From Candidatus Eiseniibacteriota bacterium (lineage in GTDB: Bacteria > Orphanbacterota > Orphanbacteria > Orphanbacterales > Orphanbacteraceae): a DNA stretch of 49,730 nt. Below, piece after piece: positions 32,990-42,985 of the stretch. The notes under the pieces were generated by a model. That model was not told the origin of the DNA and made no database searches. It was given only the letters and a program-made list of their open reading frames with translations. Numbering within the stretch: position 1 is the stretch's first letter; every line of letters starts with the position of its first letter. The DNA is taken from positions 1 through 49,730 of the forward strand of contig JBDROZ010000081.1 in assembly GCA_043809585.1 (NCBI GenBank), in the 5' to 3' direction. Position numbers and translations under genes: made by a program.

Positions 32990-35900
32990 CGCGGGTCGCT
33001 CCCACGGCCGCCTCTTCGAGCGCGGCGAGCCGTTTCTTCGCCTCTTCGTGGTCCGGCGATTTCTCGAGGGCCTGTCGGTACCATTCGGCGGCCCCGCCCT
33101 GATCGCCGAGCCGCTCGTACCAGCCGCCGAGATCGACGTAGACCGAGGGGTCGTCCGGAGTTCTTCGCACGATGTCCCGGTAGACCCGGAGCGCCTCCTC
33201 CACACGGCCGACGCTGAAGAAGAGGTCGCCGAGATTCCGCGCGACGTCCGCGCTCCCCGGTTCGTCGGCGAGGGCCCGGCGGAAGTGCTCTTCCGCCTCC
33301 ACGGCGTTCCCCTGCTCGAAGGCGAAGCAGCCGAGACTGTTCCGGGCGGGCACGAACCGCGGGTTCGACTCGAGGGCGGTCCGGAGATCGTCCTCCGCCT
33401 CCCTCATCCGCCCTTCGCCCGCCAGAAGAAGGGCCCGCCAGTAGAGGGCGTAGGCGTAGTCGGGTTTTCGCCGGAGAGACTCCTCGACGCGTTCGAGCGC
33501 GGCCGGGCCGTTCCCCTCGACGTGGAGACGGTTCGATTCGACCAGGAACCGGACGGCTTCCCGCTCCTTCGGCTCCCATTCCGAGACCCCTTCCCGAGCC
33601 GGGCAGAGGTGGACATAGGCGCCCGGGGCGATGCCCGATTCCCACCTCCGGTCGGCCATGCGCGCCGCGAGATCGACCCAGCCGGCGCCGGAGCGGAACT
33701 CCGTCTGGAAACCGCCCGACTCGACGTAGGCGTCCTTCCGGATCAGAAGGACGGCGCCGTCCTGGTCGGCCGTCTCCGTGAAGGCGTCCCGGTTCTCTTC
33801 GCGGAGCCGGGAGGCGAAGTCGTCGAGCCCCCTCTTCGGGGAGGCGTAATCGGGATGCACCGTGCGGGCGGGGGGGCCTTCATTGGCCCGAGGCGAAACG
33901 ACGGCCGCCCGCTCGCGCCCCGCGGCGGCGGCGGCCAGGGTCTCGACGAACCCGGCCGGCGCCCGCACCCGGGAGGAGAGGAGCAACACCCACGGGGTCG
34001 ACGCGCTCCTGATCTCCCGGTCGAGCCTCTTCCAAAGATCCCCCCGGGGCACCCCCTGCACCGGGATCCCCTCCGCGCGGAAGGGTCGGAACTTGGACGG
34101 TTCCTCGGAGAGGATCCGGCCGTTCGTTCCCGGCGGCAGGGCGCGCAAGGTCTCCCGGATCCGGCCGCCGCTGACCTCCCGGCCGTCCTGGTAGAGGAGG
34201 ACCGTGAGGGAGGACGCCCCCTCCGCCGGGGCGGGCCGCACGGCCCCGGGAGCGCCCAGGAAGGACCACTTGCGGAGGTAGACCTTCGAGTTCTCCTCGA
34301 GAAGGGCCTTGTAGTCGACGTCCATCAGGCGGAACGTGGCGCCCCCCTCGTGGTGGACGTAGACGTCCCGGGCGCAGACCACCTTGTATCCCGCCATGCG
34401 GATCCGGAGACAGTAGTCGTCGTCCTCGAAGTTGCCGATGCCGAACCGCTCGTCGAAGAGACCCACCTCCTCGATCACCCTCCGGGGCAAGACCATGCAC
34501 ATGCCCACGACCTTGTTCATCTCCTCCCGCCGTCCCCGGTTCTTCCTGTATAGACGGTCGCTGAACTTGTAGAGCCCCGTCTCGTCCCGGTATTCCGCGG
34601 CGACCCGCTGGCCCGTGCTCGCGTAGTTCGTCTGGGGGGCGACGACGCCGATCGACGGATCCTCCTCGAGATGGGCGATCATCCGCTCGAGCCACCCCGG
34701 GGTCACGATGCAGTCGTTGTTCAGGATCACCACGTAGTCGCTCCAGACGGCGCGGATCCCCTGATTCACGGCCGCCGCGAAGCCGAGGTTCTTCTCGTTC
34801 CGGATGACGCGGAAGTTGTTCTGCTCCGCGTCGTAGGCGACCGGTTCCGTCGAGCCGTTGTCGACGATCACGAGGTCGAAAGGCGTCTTCGTGTTCTTCC
34901 GTATGCTGGTCCAGCAGTTGACCGTGAGCCTGAGATTGTTCCAGACGGGGATGACGATGCCCGCTTTCGGGACCATGGCGGGTCGCCGCTCGAGGCGGCG
35001 GTAGTCGCCGCCGCCGGGCGTCTCGGTCCCCTTCTCCGCGCGCCTTCCCCGCCCGATCGCCTCGAAGACTTCCTCCCAGTAGCGGGCGGCGTTCTCGGCG
35101 CTGTAGCGCTCCGCCGCGAGCTCCCGGGCGTTCGAGGCGATCCGCTTTTGGAGGTCTTCATCCTGGTAGAGGCGGACGACCTCGGCGGCGAACGCCTCCG
35201 ACCCGTCGGCGATCAGGATGTCCCTGCCGTGGCTGAGCCCCATCCCCTCGGCGCCGATCCGGGTCGACACCTGGGGAATCCCGGCGGCCATCGCCTGGCC
35301 CACTTTCCCCTTCAATCCCGCGCCGTACCGGAGCGGCACCACGCAGACCCGGCACTCCCGGAGCCAGGGGAGGATGTCCGGGACGTATCCGGTCACGTTC
35401 ACGCGCTTCCCCGCCAGGGCGCTCACCGCCGGCGTGGGGTTGTTGCCGACGATGTGGAACCTCACGTCCGGCAGCTTCTCGTGCACGAGAGGAAGGACAT
35501 GGTTCACGAAGTGAACGACGGCGTCCTCGTTCGGCTGGTGGTTGTAGTTCCCGATGAAGACGAGGTCCTTCCTCTCCCCGCTCCACTCGAAGGGGGGCAC
35601 GGGATGGATGTCCGTCGAGATGCCGACCCGGAGCGACCGGTCCTCGGCGAGAAGCACTTCCCGGTCCTGCTCGGTCACGGTGAGCACCATGTCCGCCTTG
35701 CGGTACCAGGAAAGTTCGATCCGGCGGGTCTCCTCGGCGCGCCAGAAGTCCTCGTCCTTCCCCGTGACCTCCGCTTTTCGTCGTTCCCGGAGAAAGGCGA
35801 CGTCGTAGGAATCGATGACGAGGAGGCTCTCCGGCGAGTGTTCCCGGATCTCCTTGTGGTACTGGGCGGCCATGTGATAGAAACCGACGATCACCGCCCG

Positions 35901-36974
35901 GAAGTCGTTCATGCGGAGCAGCTCGGGGAAATCGATCCAGACCGGCCCGACCCCTTCGAAGCCGAGGGCCCGGAGCTTCTCCGTGTCCGTGTGGAACACC
36001 GTGACGCCCCACTCCTCGAGGGGGTTGATGTAGCGGACGCCGTCCCGGCCGTTCCGGGCGAGGAAGACCACCTGATAGCGCTCGGCGAGGATCTTCAGCG
36101 TGTGGAACCACCGCATCTCGCCGGCCGCCTTGTCGTACACCGGAAGGAAGGGAAGGATGACGAGGATCTTCTCCTTGCCCGGCGCCCGCGGGATCTCGTA
36201 GACGTTTTCCCGTTGCTTCGTGAGTTCCTTCGCCCACTTGGCGACGAACTTCGGCTTGTTCCTCGCCTGGAGCTCGCTCGACACGGACCGGGTTCCCGGC
36301 CCGCCGAAGCTCCCCCCCTCGTGATGAACCACGATCGAGCGGGGTTCGTAGACGACCCGGAAGCCGGCCTTCCGGGCCGAGAAGCAGAGGTCCGTGTCCT
36401 CCCAGTAGGCGGGGGCGAACCGCAAGTCGAAATATCCGGTCCTTTCGAGGGTCTCGCGCTTCACGTAGAGGCACGCGCCGGAGACGTAGTCGACGTCCGC
36501 GGCCTGATTGTAGATCCACCGGTCCGGGTCGTCGTGCTTCCCGATCTCCCGCCCCGACGCGTCCGAGTAGATCTCGCACCCCGCCGCCTGGAGCCGGCCG
36601 TCCGGATAGACCAGCTTCCCGCCGACGACGCCGATCTTCCCGTCCGACTCCGCCCGCTCCACGAGCGCGCCGAGCCACCCCTCGGTCACGACCGTGTCGT
36701 TGTTGAGGAGGACCATGTCCCGGTCGCCGTATCGCTCCATGACCCGGTTGTTGCCGCGGACGAACCCGAGGTTCTCCTCCGGGGAGATCCGGTCGATCCT
36801 GTCGCCCAGTTTCTCGAGGTAGTTCTTCGTGCCGTCCGTCGACGCCTGGTCGACCACGCAGACCCGGCAGGGGTGTTTCGTCAGCTCGAACACACTCTCG
36901 AGGCAGCGTTTCAGGAGGTCTACCTTGTTCCAACTCAGGATGGCGATCACCGGTTCGCGCGCCCGTGCGGTCAT
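32976..36974 (-). CDS. Large multidomain glycosyltransferase (GT2-GT4-GT2-degenerate GT2-TPR)
   Basis: Two GT2 modules (VDQAS/VDNGS, LLNNDT/ILNNDC, AYWEDTD/NFEDDD), a GT4 module (HQPNEDAV, PLRYGAGLKGKV..AMAAG.P) and C-terminal TPRs. Confidence 0.9.
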   Translation of the reverse strand: MTARAREPVIAILSWNKVDLLKRCLESVFELTKHPCRVCVVDQASTDGTKNYLEKLGDRIDRISPEENLGFVRGNNRVMERYGDRDMVLLNNDTVVTEGWLGALVERAESDGKIGVVGGKLVYPDGRLQAAGCEIYSDASGREIGKHDDPDRWIYNQAADVDYVSGACLYVKRETLERTGYFDLRFAPAYWEDTDLCFSARKAGFRVVYEPRSIVVHHEGGSFGGPGTRSVSSELQARNKPKFVAKWAKELTKQRENVYEIPRAPGKEKILVILPFLPVYDKAAGEMRWFHTLKILAERYQVVFLARNGRDGVRYINPLEEWGVTVFHTDTEKLRALGFEGVGPVWIDFPELLRMNDFRAVIVGFYHMAAQYHKEIREHSPESLLVIDSYDVAFLRERRKAEVTGKDEDFWRAEETRRIELSWYRKADMVLTVTEQDREVLLAEDRSLRVGISTDIHPVPPFEWSGERKDLVFIGNYNHQPNEDAVVHFVNHVLPLVHEKLPDVRFHIVGNNPTPAVSALAGKRVNVTGYVPDILPWLRECRVCVVPLRYGAGLKGKVGQAMAAGIPQVSTRIGAEGMGLSHGRDILIADGSEAFAAEVVRLYQDEDLQKRIASNARELAAERYSAENAARYWEEVFEAIGRGRRAEKGTETPGGGDYRRLERRPAMVPKAGIVIPVWNNLRLTVNCWTSIRKNTKTPFDLVIVDNGSTEPVAYDAEQNNFRVIRNEKNLGFAAAVNQGIRAVWSDYVVILNNDCIVTPGWLERMIAHLEEDPSIGVVAPQTNYASTGQRVAAEYRDETGLYKFSDRLYRKNRGRREEMNKVVGMCMVLPRRVIEEVGLFDERFGIGNFEDDDYCLRIRMAGYKVVCARDVYVHHEGGATFRLMDVDYKALLEENSKVYLRKWSFLGAPGAVRPAPAEGASSLTVLLYQDGREVSGGRIRETLRALPPGTNGRILSEEPSKFRPFRAEGIPVQGVPRGDLWKRLDREIRSASTPWVLLLSSRVRAPAGFVETLAAAAAGRERAAVVSPRANEGPPARTVHPDYASPKRGLDDFASRLREENRDAFTETADQDGAVLLIRKDAYVESGGFQTEFRSGAGWVDLAARMADRRWESGIAPGAYVHLCPAREGVSEWEPKEREAVRFLVESNRLHVEGNGPAALERVEESLRRKPDYAYALYWRALLLAGEGRMREAEDDLRTALESNPRFVPARNSLGCFAFEQGNAVEAEEHFRRALADEPGSADVARNLGDLFFSVGRVEEALRVYRDIVRRTPDDPSVYVDLGGWYERLGDQGGAAEWYRQALEKSPDHEEAKKRLAALEEAAVGATRDGRE

Positions 36975-38044
36975 CGATCGTTTCCTCCGCTCCCGTCCCG
37001 GGACGGTCCCCCCGCGGCCGGGGCGGCGCCCGCCCCCCACGCCCGCAGACTTTCGATGAGCCGCTCCTGATCACGGACCTTCCGGTCCAGCTCGAGGGCC
37101 CAGGTGGATCGTTCTTCGAACTCTCTTTGAAGCCGGCGGATCGTGTCGTCCCGCTCGGCCACTCGGGACTCCAACGCCTTCGCCCAGCGGGTGCGGTCCT
37201 CCAGCTCTCTCTCGAGCCGCGCCGCGGCCTCGTTCATCTCACGGGCCGTTCGCGTCCAGCGGTCGGCGCCGGCGCCGAGATCGGTCTCGTTCGTGAAGAG
37301 CCCGGGGACGAGACCCCGGCCGTCGACCTTCCCCGCCGGGGAGACGGCCGCCACGAAGTAGGCGCATCCCCCGGCGCGCGAGTGGACCGGGCCCGGCTCC
37401 CCCCAGAGCGATCGAGGGGGAAGGAGCAAGGGGCGAATCTCCGCGGCGAGGGCGGTCCGATCCGGATCGGGCTCTCCGGCCGGCACGATGCCGAGCCCCG
37501 TTAGGGGCGCCTGGGTCCAGAGCCGGACCGAGCGGAACCGGGGCTCGAGGAGCGCGAGGAACTCGCCGGCCCCGTACTCTCTTATATGGAACGGGTTCTT
37601 CCCGTCCGGCCCGCCCGCCCCGTAGGTGGCCGCGTTCGGCGTGGAGACGAGGAGGACGCCTTCCGGATCGAGAACGCGGATCATCTCGTCGAGGAACCGC
37701 TCCGGATCCTCGAGGTGCTCGAAGACTTCGAAGGCGACCGCCCGATCGAAGGAGGCGGCGGCGAAGGAGGGGGCCGTGACGTCCCCCACGGCAAAGGCCA
37801 GTCCGTCGTGGCGAAAGCGTTCGCGGGCGTAGGCAATCGCCTCCCCCGAAAGGTCGACGCCCGTGACCGACGCGGCGCCGCTCCGGGCGAGGTGGTAGCT
37901 CCCGTACCCGCACCCGCAGGCCGCGTCGAGAACGCGCGCTCCGCGCGCGAGGGGAGCGGCGAAGGCGTACCTCGCGGCATGCTCCAGAAACAAGTCGTCC
38001 CACCCCTCCGCGGTGGGCACCAATCGCTCTCCGGTGAACTCCAT
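36971..38044 (-). CDS. Class I SAM-dependent methyltransferase with C-terminal coiled coil
   Basis: EFTGERLVP, H.ARY.FA, VLDAACGCGYG, FEVFEHL, STPN and NPFH.RE, followed by a heptad-rich tail. Confidence 0.9.
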   Translation of the reverse strand: MEFTGERLVPTAEGWDDLFLEHAARYAFAAPLARGARVLDAACGCGYGSYHLARSGAASVTGVDLSGEAIAYARERFRHDGLAFAVGDVTAPSFAAASFDRAVAFEVFEHLEDPERFLDEMIRVLDPEGVLLVSTPNAATYGAGGPDGKNPFHIREYGAGEFLALLEPRFRSVRLWTQAPLTGLGIVPAGEPDPDRTALAAEIRPLLLPPRSLWGEPGPVHSRAGGCAYFVAAVSPAGKVDGRGLVPGLFTNETDLGAGADRWTRTAREMNEAAARLERELEDRTRWAKALESRVAERDDTIRRLQREFEERSTWALELDRKVRDQERLIESLRAWGAGAAPAAGGPSRDGSGGNDR

Positions 38045-38054
38045 CGAGAATCTC

Positions 38055-39215
38055 CTACCGGCCGGCCCGTCCCGCGAGGGCGTGCGCCATCCCGTGGCCC
38101 GTCCCCTCGAGGAACGGGAGGAGGGCGTCCATCACCCTTTCCGGGAGAACGGCGTCCATGCAGTCGGGCCGCTTCGAACAGTTCGTGAGATAGCAGCAGA
38201 GACAGTCCATCTCGGGCGTGATCCGGACGCCCCGGCCGTAGAGGTCGACCTCGTGGGAAGAGGTCGGCCCGAAGAGGGCGACCACGGGGGTCCCGAGGGC
38301 GAGCGCGCCGTGGAGGCCGAGGGTGTCCCCGGTCACCACGGCGTCGGAGCGCCCGAGAAGGGCGAGGTAGATCCGCAGGGGATGATTCGAGCCGGCGTCG
38401 ACGGCCCAGCCTCCCGTTCTCCCCTCGATCCACCGGTTGCGCTCCGCCTCGAGAGGGCCTCCGAGCAGAACGACCCGGGCGCGGCTCCCCTCCCGAATCC
38501 GGCGGGCGAGATCGACGTAGCTCTCCTTGGGCCACCGCTTTTTCGGCCACCGGGAACTCGAACCGGTGTTGAAGCCGATCACCGGCGCGCCGCCCACGAG
38601 GCCCTTCGCCGCGAAGATCCGCTCCGCCTCGAGGCGCTCCTCCCCGGTCAGGCAAAGGACGATCTCCTGCCCCCGCGCGTCCAGCCCGCAGATCCGGTGG
38701 AGGTGATCCTGGTATGTCTTCCGGTTCGCCTTCTTGAGATCGTCGCGGCCGCCGAGGACGAGCCACTCCTCCCCGTCTTCGTTCCACGGCCGCACCTGGC
38801 CGTCCCCCCCGAGGCGGTAGCCCCGCTTCACCCTCCCTCGTGCCAGGGATCCGAGGGCGGCGCTCTTCTTCGACGCGTCGGGAGCGAGCACGAGGTCGAA
38901 CTCCTCCACCGCCAGGCGGGCGAAGCCTTCGGCGTCGTAGAAGAGAATCTCGTCGATGTGCGGGTTGTTCCGGAGCACCGGCTCGGCGCCCGGGAGGGTC
39001 AGCCACGTCACGTGGGCGTCCGGATGGTCCCGCCGGAGGGCGGGAAGAACCGAGGTCGTCCGGAGCACGTCCCCGAGGGCGTCGAGCTTGATCACCAGGA
39101 CCCGGAAACCCGGCGGGGCGAAGACCGCGCACCCCTCGCACCGTGCGCCGGTCTCCTTGTGGAGACGGCAGGGACGGTCCCCGGGAAAGTGCCTACAGTT
39201 CAGGTCGAGTTCCAT
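38055..39215 (-). CDS. GT9 (ADP-heptose:LPS heptosyltransferase-like) glycosyltransferase
   Basis: N-terminal CRHF.GDRPC, IKLDALGDVLRTT, K.WP, TGDTLGLH.ALALG..VVALFGPT and C-terminal C.CCY...C. Confidence 0.9.
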   Translation of the reverse strand: MELDLNCRHFPGDRPCRLHKETGARCEGCAVFAPPGFRVLVIKLDALGDVLRTTSVLPALRRDHPDAHVTWLTLPGAEPVLRNNPHIDEILFYDAEGFARLAVEEFDLVLAPDASKKSAALGSLARGRVKRGYRLGGDGQVRPWNEDGEEWLVLGGRDDLKKANRKTYQDHLHRICGLDARGQEIVLCLTGEERLEAERIFAAKGLVGGAPVIGFNTGSSSRWPKKRWPKESYVDLARRIREGSRARVVLLGGPLEAERNRWIEGRTGGWAVDAGSNHPLRIYLALLGRSDAVVTGDTLGLHGALALGTPVVALFGPTSSHEVDLYGRGVRITPEMDCLCCYLTNCSKRPDCMDAVLPERVMDALLPFLEGTGHGMAHALAGRAGR

Positions 39216-39423
39216 CGGGCTCTCCCGGGAACTGCGCCTCCGGATCCACGTCGTCCACATCCTCGAAAAAGACGTCCGTCTCCAGTTCGGCCCGGGTGAT
39301 CCGGACCGACGAGGGGGCCGATACGGACAGCTGGACCCGTTTCCCCTGGATTTGGTGGACGATAATCGTGATGTGTCGTCCGATCCGAAGCGCTTCTCCC
39401 ACTTTACGTGCGATCACCAACAT
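39193..39423 (-). CDS. csrA: Carbon storage regulator CsrA
   Basis: MLVIARKVGE.L.IG..I.I.V..I.G.RV.L...AP..V.I.R.EL, directly after fliW. Confidence 0.93.
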   Translation of the reverse strand: MLVIARKVGEALRIGRHITIIVHQIQGKRVQLSVSAPSSVRITRAELETDVFFEDVDDVDPEAQFPGEPDGTRPEL

Positions 39424-39429
39424 CGGGCG

Positions 39430-39891
39430 TCACTCACCTCCCGGGATTCCGTCCCGGCGGCGGCCGACCGCGTCCATCACGCGAAGCCGGGCGGGGTATT
39501 CCTCTCCGAGGAGGATGACCTGGCGCCCGAGCCCTTTCGCGGGGTGAATCACGATCGGTCCCTTCATGTTCGCGGTCATGTCGTTCGGATCCGCGGGGAT
39601 GCCCACGACGACCATGACGGTGAGATCCGTCTCACCGGTCCACTCCAAGGCCATGCGGTCTTCGCCGCCCAGCACGAATCGGTACTCCGGATCGAGGATA
39701 AAGGGATCGATGACGGCGAAGACCGGCTCCGCCCCCTCCGCCGCCCGCAGCACCCGGAGCGGCGATCCGTCCCGGAGCGGCCGGAGGATGAACGCGTCCA
39801 CGTCCTCGAAGCCGAAGATTCCCCGGTCGAATTCGAGACGGCGCCCTTCCGCGGCGTCCACCGGTCCGGTCCGTTCTCTGACGACCATCAT
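39430..39891 (-). CDS. fliW: Flagellar assembly factor FliW
   Basis: F.RGIFGFE, FAVIDPF...PEY and MTANMKGPIVI......GRQVIL motifs. Confidence 0.93.
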   Translation of the reverse strand: MMVVRERTGPVDAAEGRRLEFDRGIFGFEDVDAFILRPLRDGSPLRVLRAAEGAEPVFAVIDPFILDPEYRFVLGGEDRMALEWTGETDLTVMVVVGIPADPNDMTANMKGPIVIHPAKGLGRQVILLGEEYPARLRVMDAVGRRRDGIPGGE

Positions 39892-39920
39892 GTCCCTGCC
39901 GCCTCCCCGCGGGCCTGCGT

Positions 39921-41030
39921 CTAGATGAACCTCATCAGGTTGAGTTTGTAGAGCCGGGAGGCCGCCGTGAGCGCGGCCTCGTACCCCATTTCCTCTCCCT
40001 GCAGCTGGATCAGGACCTCCGGAAGATCCGCACCTTCGATTCCTCCGATCAAGCTCTCGAGAAACAGGTCCGTCGACTCCAGCTCCGATACCCGGGACTC
40101 GAGGCTCTCCGCGCGGGTCCCGATGATGCCGAGCTTCTGGGTCGCGCCGTCCAAGGCCCCGTCCACCTTGTCCATGAGCGCCCGCACCGCTTCCCCGTCG
40201 TTTTTCCAAAGCGCGTTCTTCAGATCGATGGCGAGCTGGAAGAGATCGACCCCGTCGGTGAACACCTCGCTCCCGAGCATGTTCACCTTGATCTGCCGGT
40301 CGTCGCCCATCCGGCGGAGCATGTCGCCGGTCATCGGCACCGCGACCTCCACGGAACTGACCGTGGTCGTCTCGTACTCCGCGACGTACGTCTCCCCTTC
40401 GGTCATGGATCCGCCCGCCAGAATCGAGACCCGGCCGGTATCATGGTCGACGGTGTAGTCGACGCCCTCGGTGTAGGTCACGGTCCCCGCCTCGTTCCGG
40501 ATCGTCACCGTGCCGGACGCGATCCGGGCGTGGATCAGGTCCGCCTCCTCTCCCGCGGCGGCGGCGGCGAAGGAATCGCCCGTCACCTCGCGGCTCGGCG
40601 TGAACGGGGCGGTCGAGGTGTCGTGGCCCGAAAAGATGTACCGGTCGCCGAGCGTCGTCGATGCCATGTCGAGGAACTCCTCGAGCACCTGGTCGATCGT
40701 GAAGCCGAGGGACGGACGGACGTCCGGCGTGTCGTCGCTCCCCTGGACCGCGATCTCCTTGACCGTCATCATGCCGTCCACCAGCGACTGGAGGGCCCCT
40801 TCGGTGGTCGTGGTCCACCGGAGGCCGTCGGTGATGTTCCTTTGGAACTGCTGATTCGCGTCCTGGGAGCGGCGATACGAGAGCATCCGAAACGTCCCCG
40901 TCGGATCGTCGGACGGTTTCAACAGCCGCTTCCCCGTGGCGATCTCGGTTTGGAGCCGTGAGATCCGGGTAAGGGAGCGCTGGAGCGTGTGGATCATCTG
41001 ACTCTGGATCAGATTGCTCGGTACGCGCAT
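39921..41030 (-). CDS. flgL: Flagellar hook-associated protein 3 FlgL
   Basis: MRV, IATGKR..KPSDDP, RYIFSG and C-terminal AD.......L......YEAAL.......L.L..FI. Confidence 0.93.
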   Translation of the reverse strand: MRVPSNLIQSQMIHTLQRSLTRISRLQTEIATGKRLLKPSDDPTGTFRMLSYRRSQDANQQFQRNITDGLRWTTTTEGALQSLVDGMMTVKEIAVQGSDDTPDVRPSLGFTIDQVLEEFLDMASTTLGDRYIFSGHDTSTAPFTPSREVTGDSFAAAAAGEEADLIHARIASGTVTIRNEAGTVTYTEGVDYTVDHDTGRVSILAGGSMTEGETYVAEYETTTVSSVEVAVPMTGDMLRRMGDDRQIKVNMLGSEVFTDGVDLFQLAIDLKNALWKNDGEAVRALMDKVDGALDGATQKLGIIGTRAESLESRVSELESTDLFLESLIGGIEGADLPEVLIQLQGEEMGYEAALTAASRLYKLNLMRFI

Positions 41031-41053
41031 GGTCTTCCTCCTCCGTCCCTTCC

Positions 41054-42433
41054 CTAGACCATGTCGATGAGCGCCACGGTCATCTCGTCGATGGCGGCCG
41101 TGACGCGGATCATCGCCTCGTAGGCGTGCTGGTAGCTCATCAGAAACGACATCTCCTCGTCGAGGGAGACGCCGCTCACCTGCATGCGCCGGTTCTCCAC
41201 GTCGAGGAGGAGCGTTTCCTCCGCCTCCATGAACGACCCGGCCTCCCGGCTGTCGAGACCGATCCGTCCGGTCAGGGAGTTGTAGTAAGTCGAGAAGGTG
41301 GCCCTCCCTCCGTTCATCGTCATGGCCGTACGGAGGCCGGCGATGGCCGCGGCGTTCTGACCGTCTCCTTCGGCCCCCCCGCCGGAGGCGGCGATGGCGG
41401 AAAGGTTCGCCACGATCCCGTCGTCCAGCCTGATGTCGCCGGCCGTGACCTTATCGGGATCGAAGAAGTTGTTGCCCGTCGACCCGTCCAGGCCGAAGCC
41501 CGCCGCGTGGGCGGAGTTGATCCGGGAGACCATCCCCGACGCGAGGGAGTCGAGATCATCGATGTAACCCTGGATGTAGACGTCCCGGGCCTCCACGTAG
41601 CCTTTCAGCAGCCCGCCCCCCGCCCTCACCTCGAAGTCGGTTCCCTCCCAGGTGATCCGGGTCGATTCCGCGGCGCGCTGCAGCCCGGTCTCGACCTCGA
41701 GGTGGCGCCCCGTCGTGTCCTGGACGAGCACCTGGGACCCGATCATGACGGTCACCGATCCCCTACCGTCCTCGTTCACCTGGATGTCGAAGATCTCCGA
41801 GAGCTCGTCGATCAGGTTGTCCCGCTCGTCCCGGAGCCCGCTCGCCTCGATCCCACCGAACTCGCCCTGCGTCACCATGCGGTTCAGTTCCGCCAGGCGG
41901 TCGGCGATCCGGTTCGTGCGCCCCACTTCGCCGACGATCTGTTCGGTCAGGTTCTGCTGGAGCTCCCGGAACCGGGAGTCGAGGCGGTGGAAGATGTTCG
42001 TCAGCTGCTCGCCCACGCCCCGGAGCTGGTCCCGCACGGGCATGCTCTCCGGCTCATTCGACAGGTCCTCCCACCCGGCCCAGAAGGCGCCGAGGGCTTC
42101 CGAGAGTCCGCCGCCGTCCGGCTCTCCGAGCACCGATTCGACCTGGGAGAGATAGCTCTGCAAGGCGAAGTACCGCCCCGCGCTTCCGTTGTGCTCCCGG
42201 AACATGCCGTCCAGGATCTCGTCCCGGGCCCGTCGAATGTTCGATACGTCGACGCCGGTGCCGATCATGCCGGGGCCGATCTTCAGGTCCCGGGCGGTCT
42301 CGAAGATGACCTGGCGGCGCGAGTATCCCGGCGTGTTCACGTTGGCGATGTTCGTGCCCACCACGCTCATGGCGAGCTGATGGGTCTGCAGCGCCCTCCG
42401 GGCGACTTCCATTTGACTGCTCAGACTGATCAT
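41054..42433 (-). CDS. flgK: Flagellar hook-associated protein 1 FlgK
   Basis: NIANVNTPGYSRRQV, GTGV, W.DLSN.PE, LRDERD.L.DELS and SGVSLDEEM motifs. Confidence 0.95.
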   Translation of the reverse strand: MISLSSQMEVARRALQTHQLAMSVVGTNIANVNTPGYSRRQVIFETARDLKIGPGMIGTGVDVSNIRRARDEILDGMFREHNGSAGRYFALQSYLSQVESVLGEPDGGGLSEALGAFWAGWEDLSNEPESMPVRDQLRGVGEQLTNIFHRLDSRFRELQQNLTEQIVGEVGRTNRIADRLAELNRMVTQGEFGGIEASGLRDERDNLIDELSEIFDIQVNEDGRGSVTVMIGSQVLVQDTTGRHLEVETGLQRAAESTRITWEGTDFEVRAGGGLLKGYVEARDVYIQGYIDDLDSLASGMVSRINSAHAAGFGLDGSTGNNFFDPDKVTAGDIRLDDGIVANLSAIAASGGGAEGDGQNAAAIAGLRTAMTMNGGRATFSTYYNSLTGRIGLDSREAGSFMEAEETLLLDVENRRMQVSGVSLDEEMSFLMSYQHAYEAMIRVTAAIDEMTVALIDMV

Positions 42434-42459
42434 TTCTCCACCTCTCGCTCCGCTTTAGG

Positions 42460-42960
42460 TCACGTGGTCTTGTCGACCAGCGTTCGAATCTGGTCCCGCG
42501 GTTTCAGGTCCCCCGAAGGCGTATAGGTCCGTCCGGACGGCCGCCGCCCCCGAAGGGCGCCCAGCATGTCGTGAACGAACTCGAGAGAGCGTTCGATGAG
42601 CCGGCGGTTCTCGCGGTTCACCCGGCCCACCTTCTCGAGGGTCTCCCGCGCCGCCTCGGCGGTGGCCCGCAGTTCCCTTCCCACGTCAGGGTCGAGACTG
42701 TCCGATATCTTCCGGATCGTCGCGTCCGCCGGGGCGATGCCGAGATGGCCGGCCAACCCGCGCACGAGGCGGAGCCGGCTCTCCTCCATGCGCTGAATGC
42801 GCTTCAGGTATTCTTCTTGGGTCGAGATGCTCCGGACGATTCCGGGAACGTCCCGCTTCACGAGACAATCCCGCTGCTCTCCCAGAACCTCTTCCAAGGT
42901 CTTCAGGCTCTCGACCTGGCGGGCGAGGAGGGTCCTCAGATCGTTCAACAACGCTTCCAC
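42460..42960 (-). CDS. flgN: Flagellar export chaperone FlgN
   Basis: Helical protein with N.ENRRLI..SL.F and TY...G, directly upstream of flgK. Confidence 0.85.
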   Translation of the reverse strand: MEALLNDLRTLLARQVESLKTLEEVLGEQRDCLVKRDVPGIVRSISTQEEYLKRIQRMEESRLRLVRGLAGHLGIAPADATIRKISDSLDPDVGRELRATAEAARETLEKVGRVNRENRRLIERSLEFVHDMLGALRGRRPSGRTYTPSGDLKPRDQIRTLVDKTT

Positions 42961-42985
42961 TCACTCCCCTCCCGAGGCCTCGGCC

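Noticed and set aside
34671-37070. 799-aa plus-strand ORF, and similar long ORFs at 10857, 12889, 15724, 21725, 25380, 32853 and 41126
   Set aside because: All are antisense to well-supported genes and have low-complexity R/G/P/V-rich translations.
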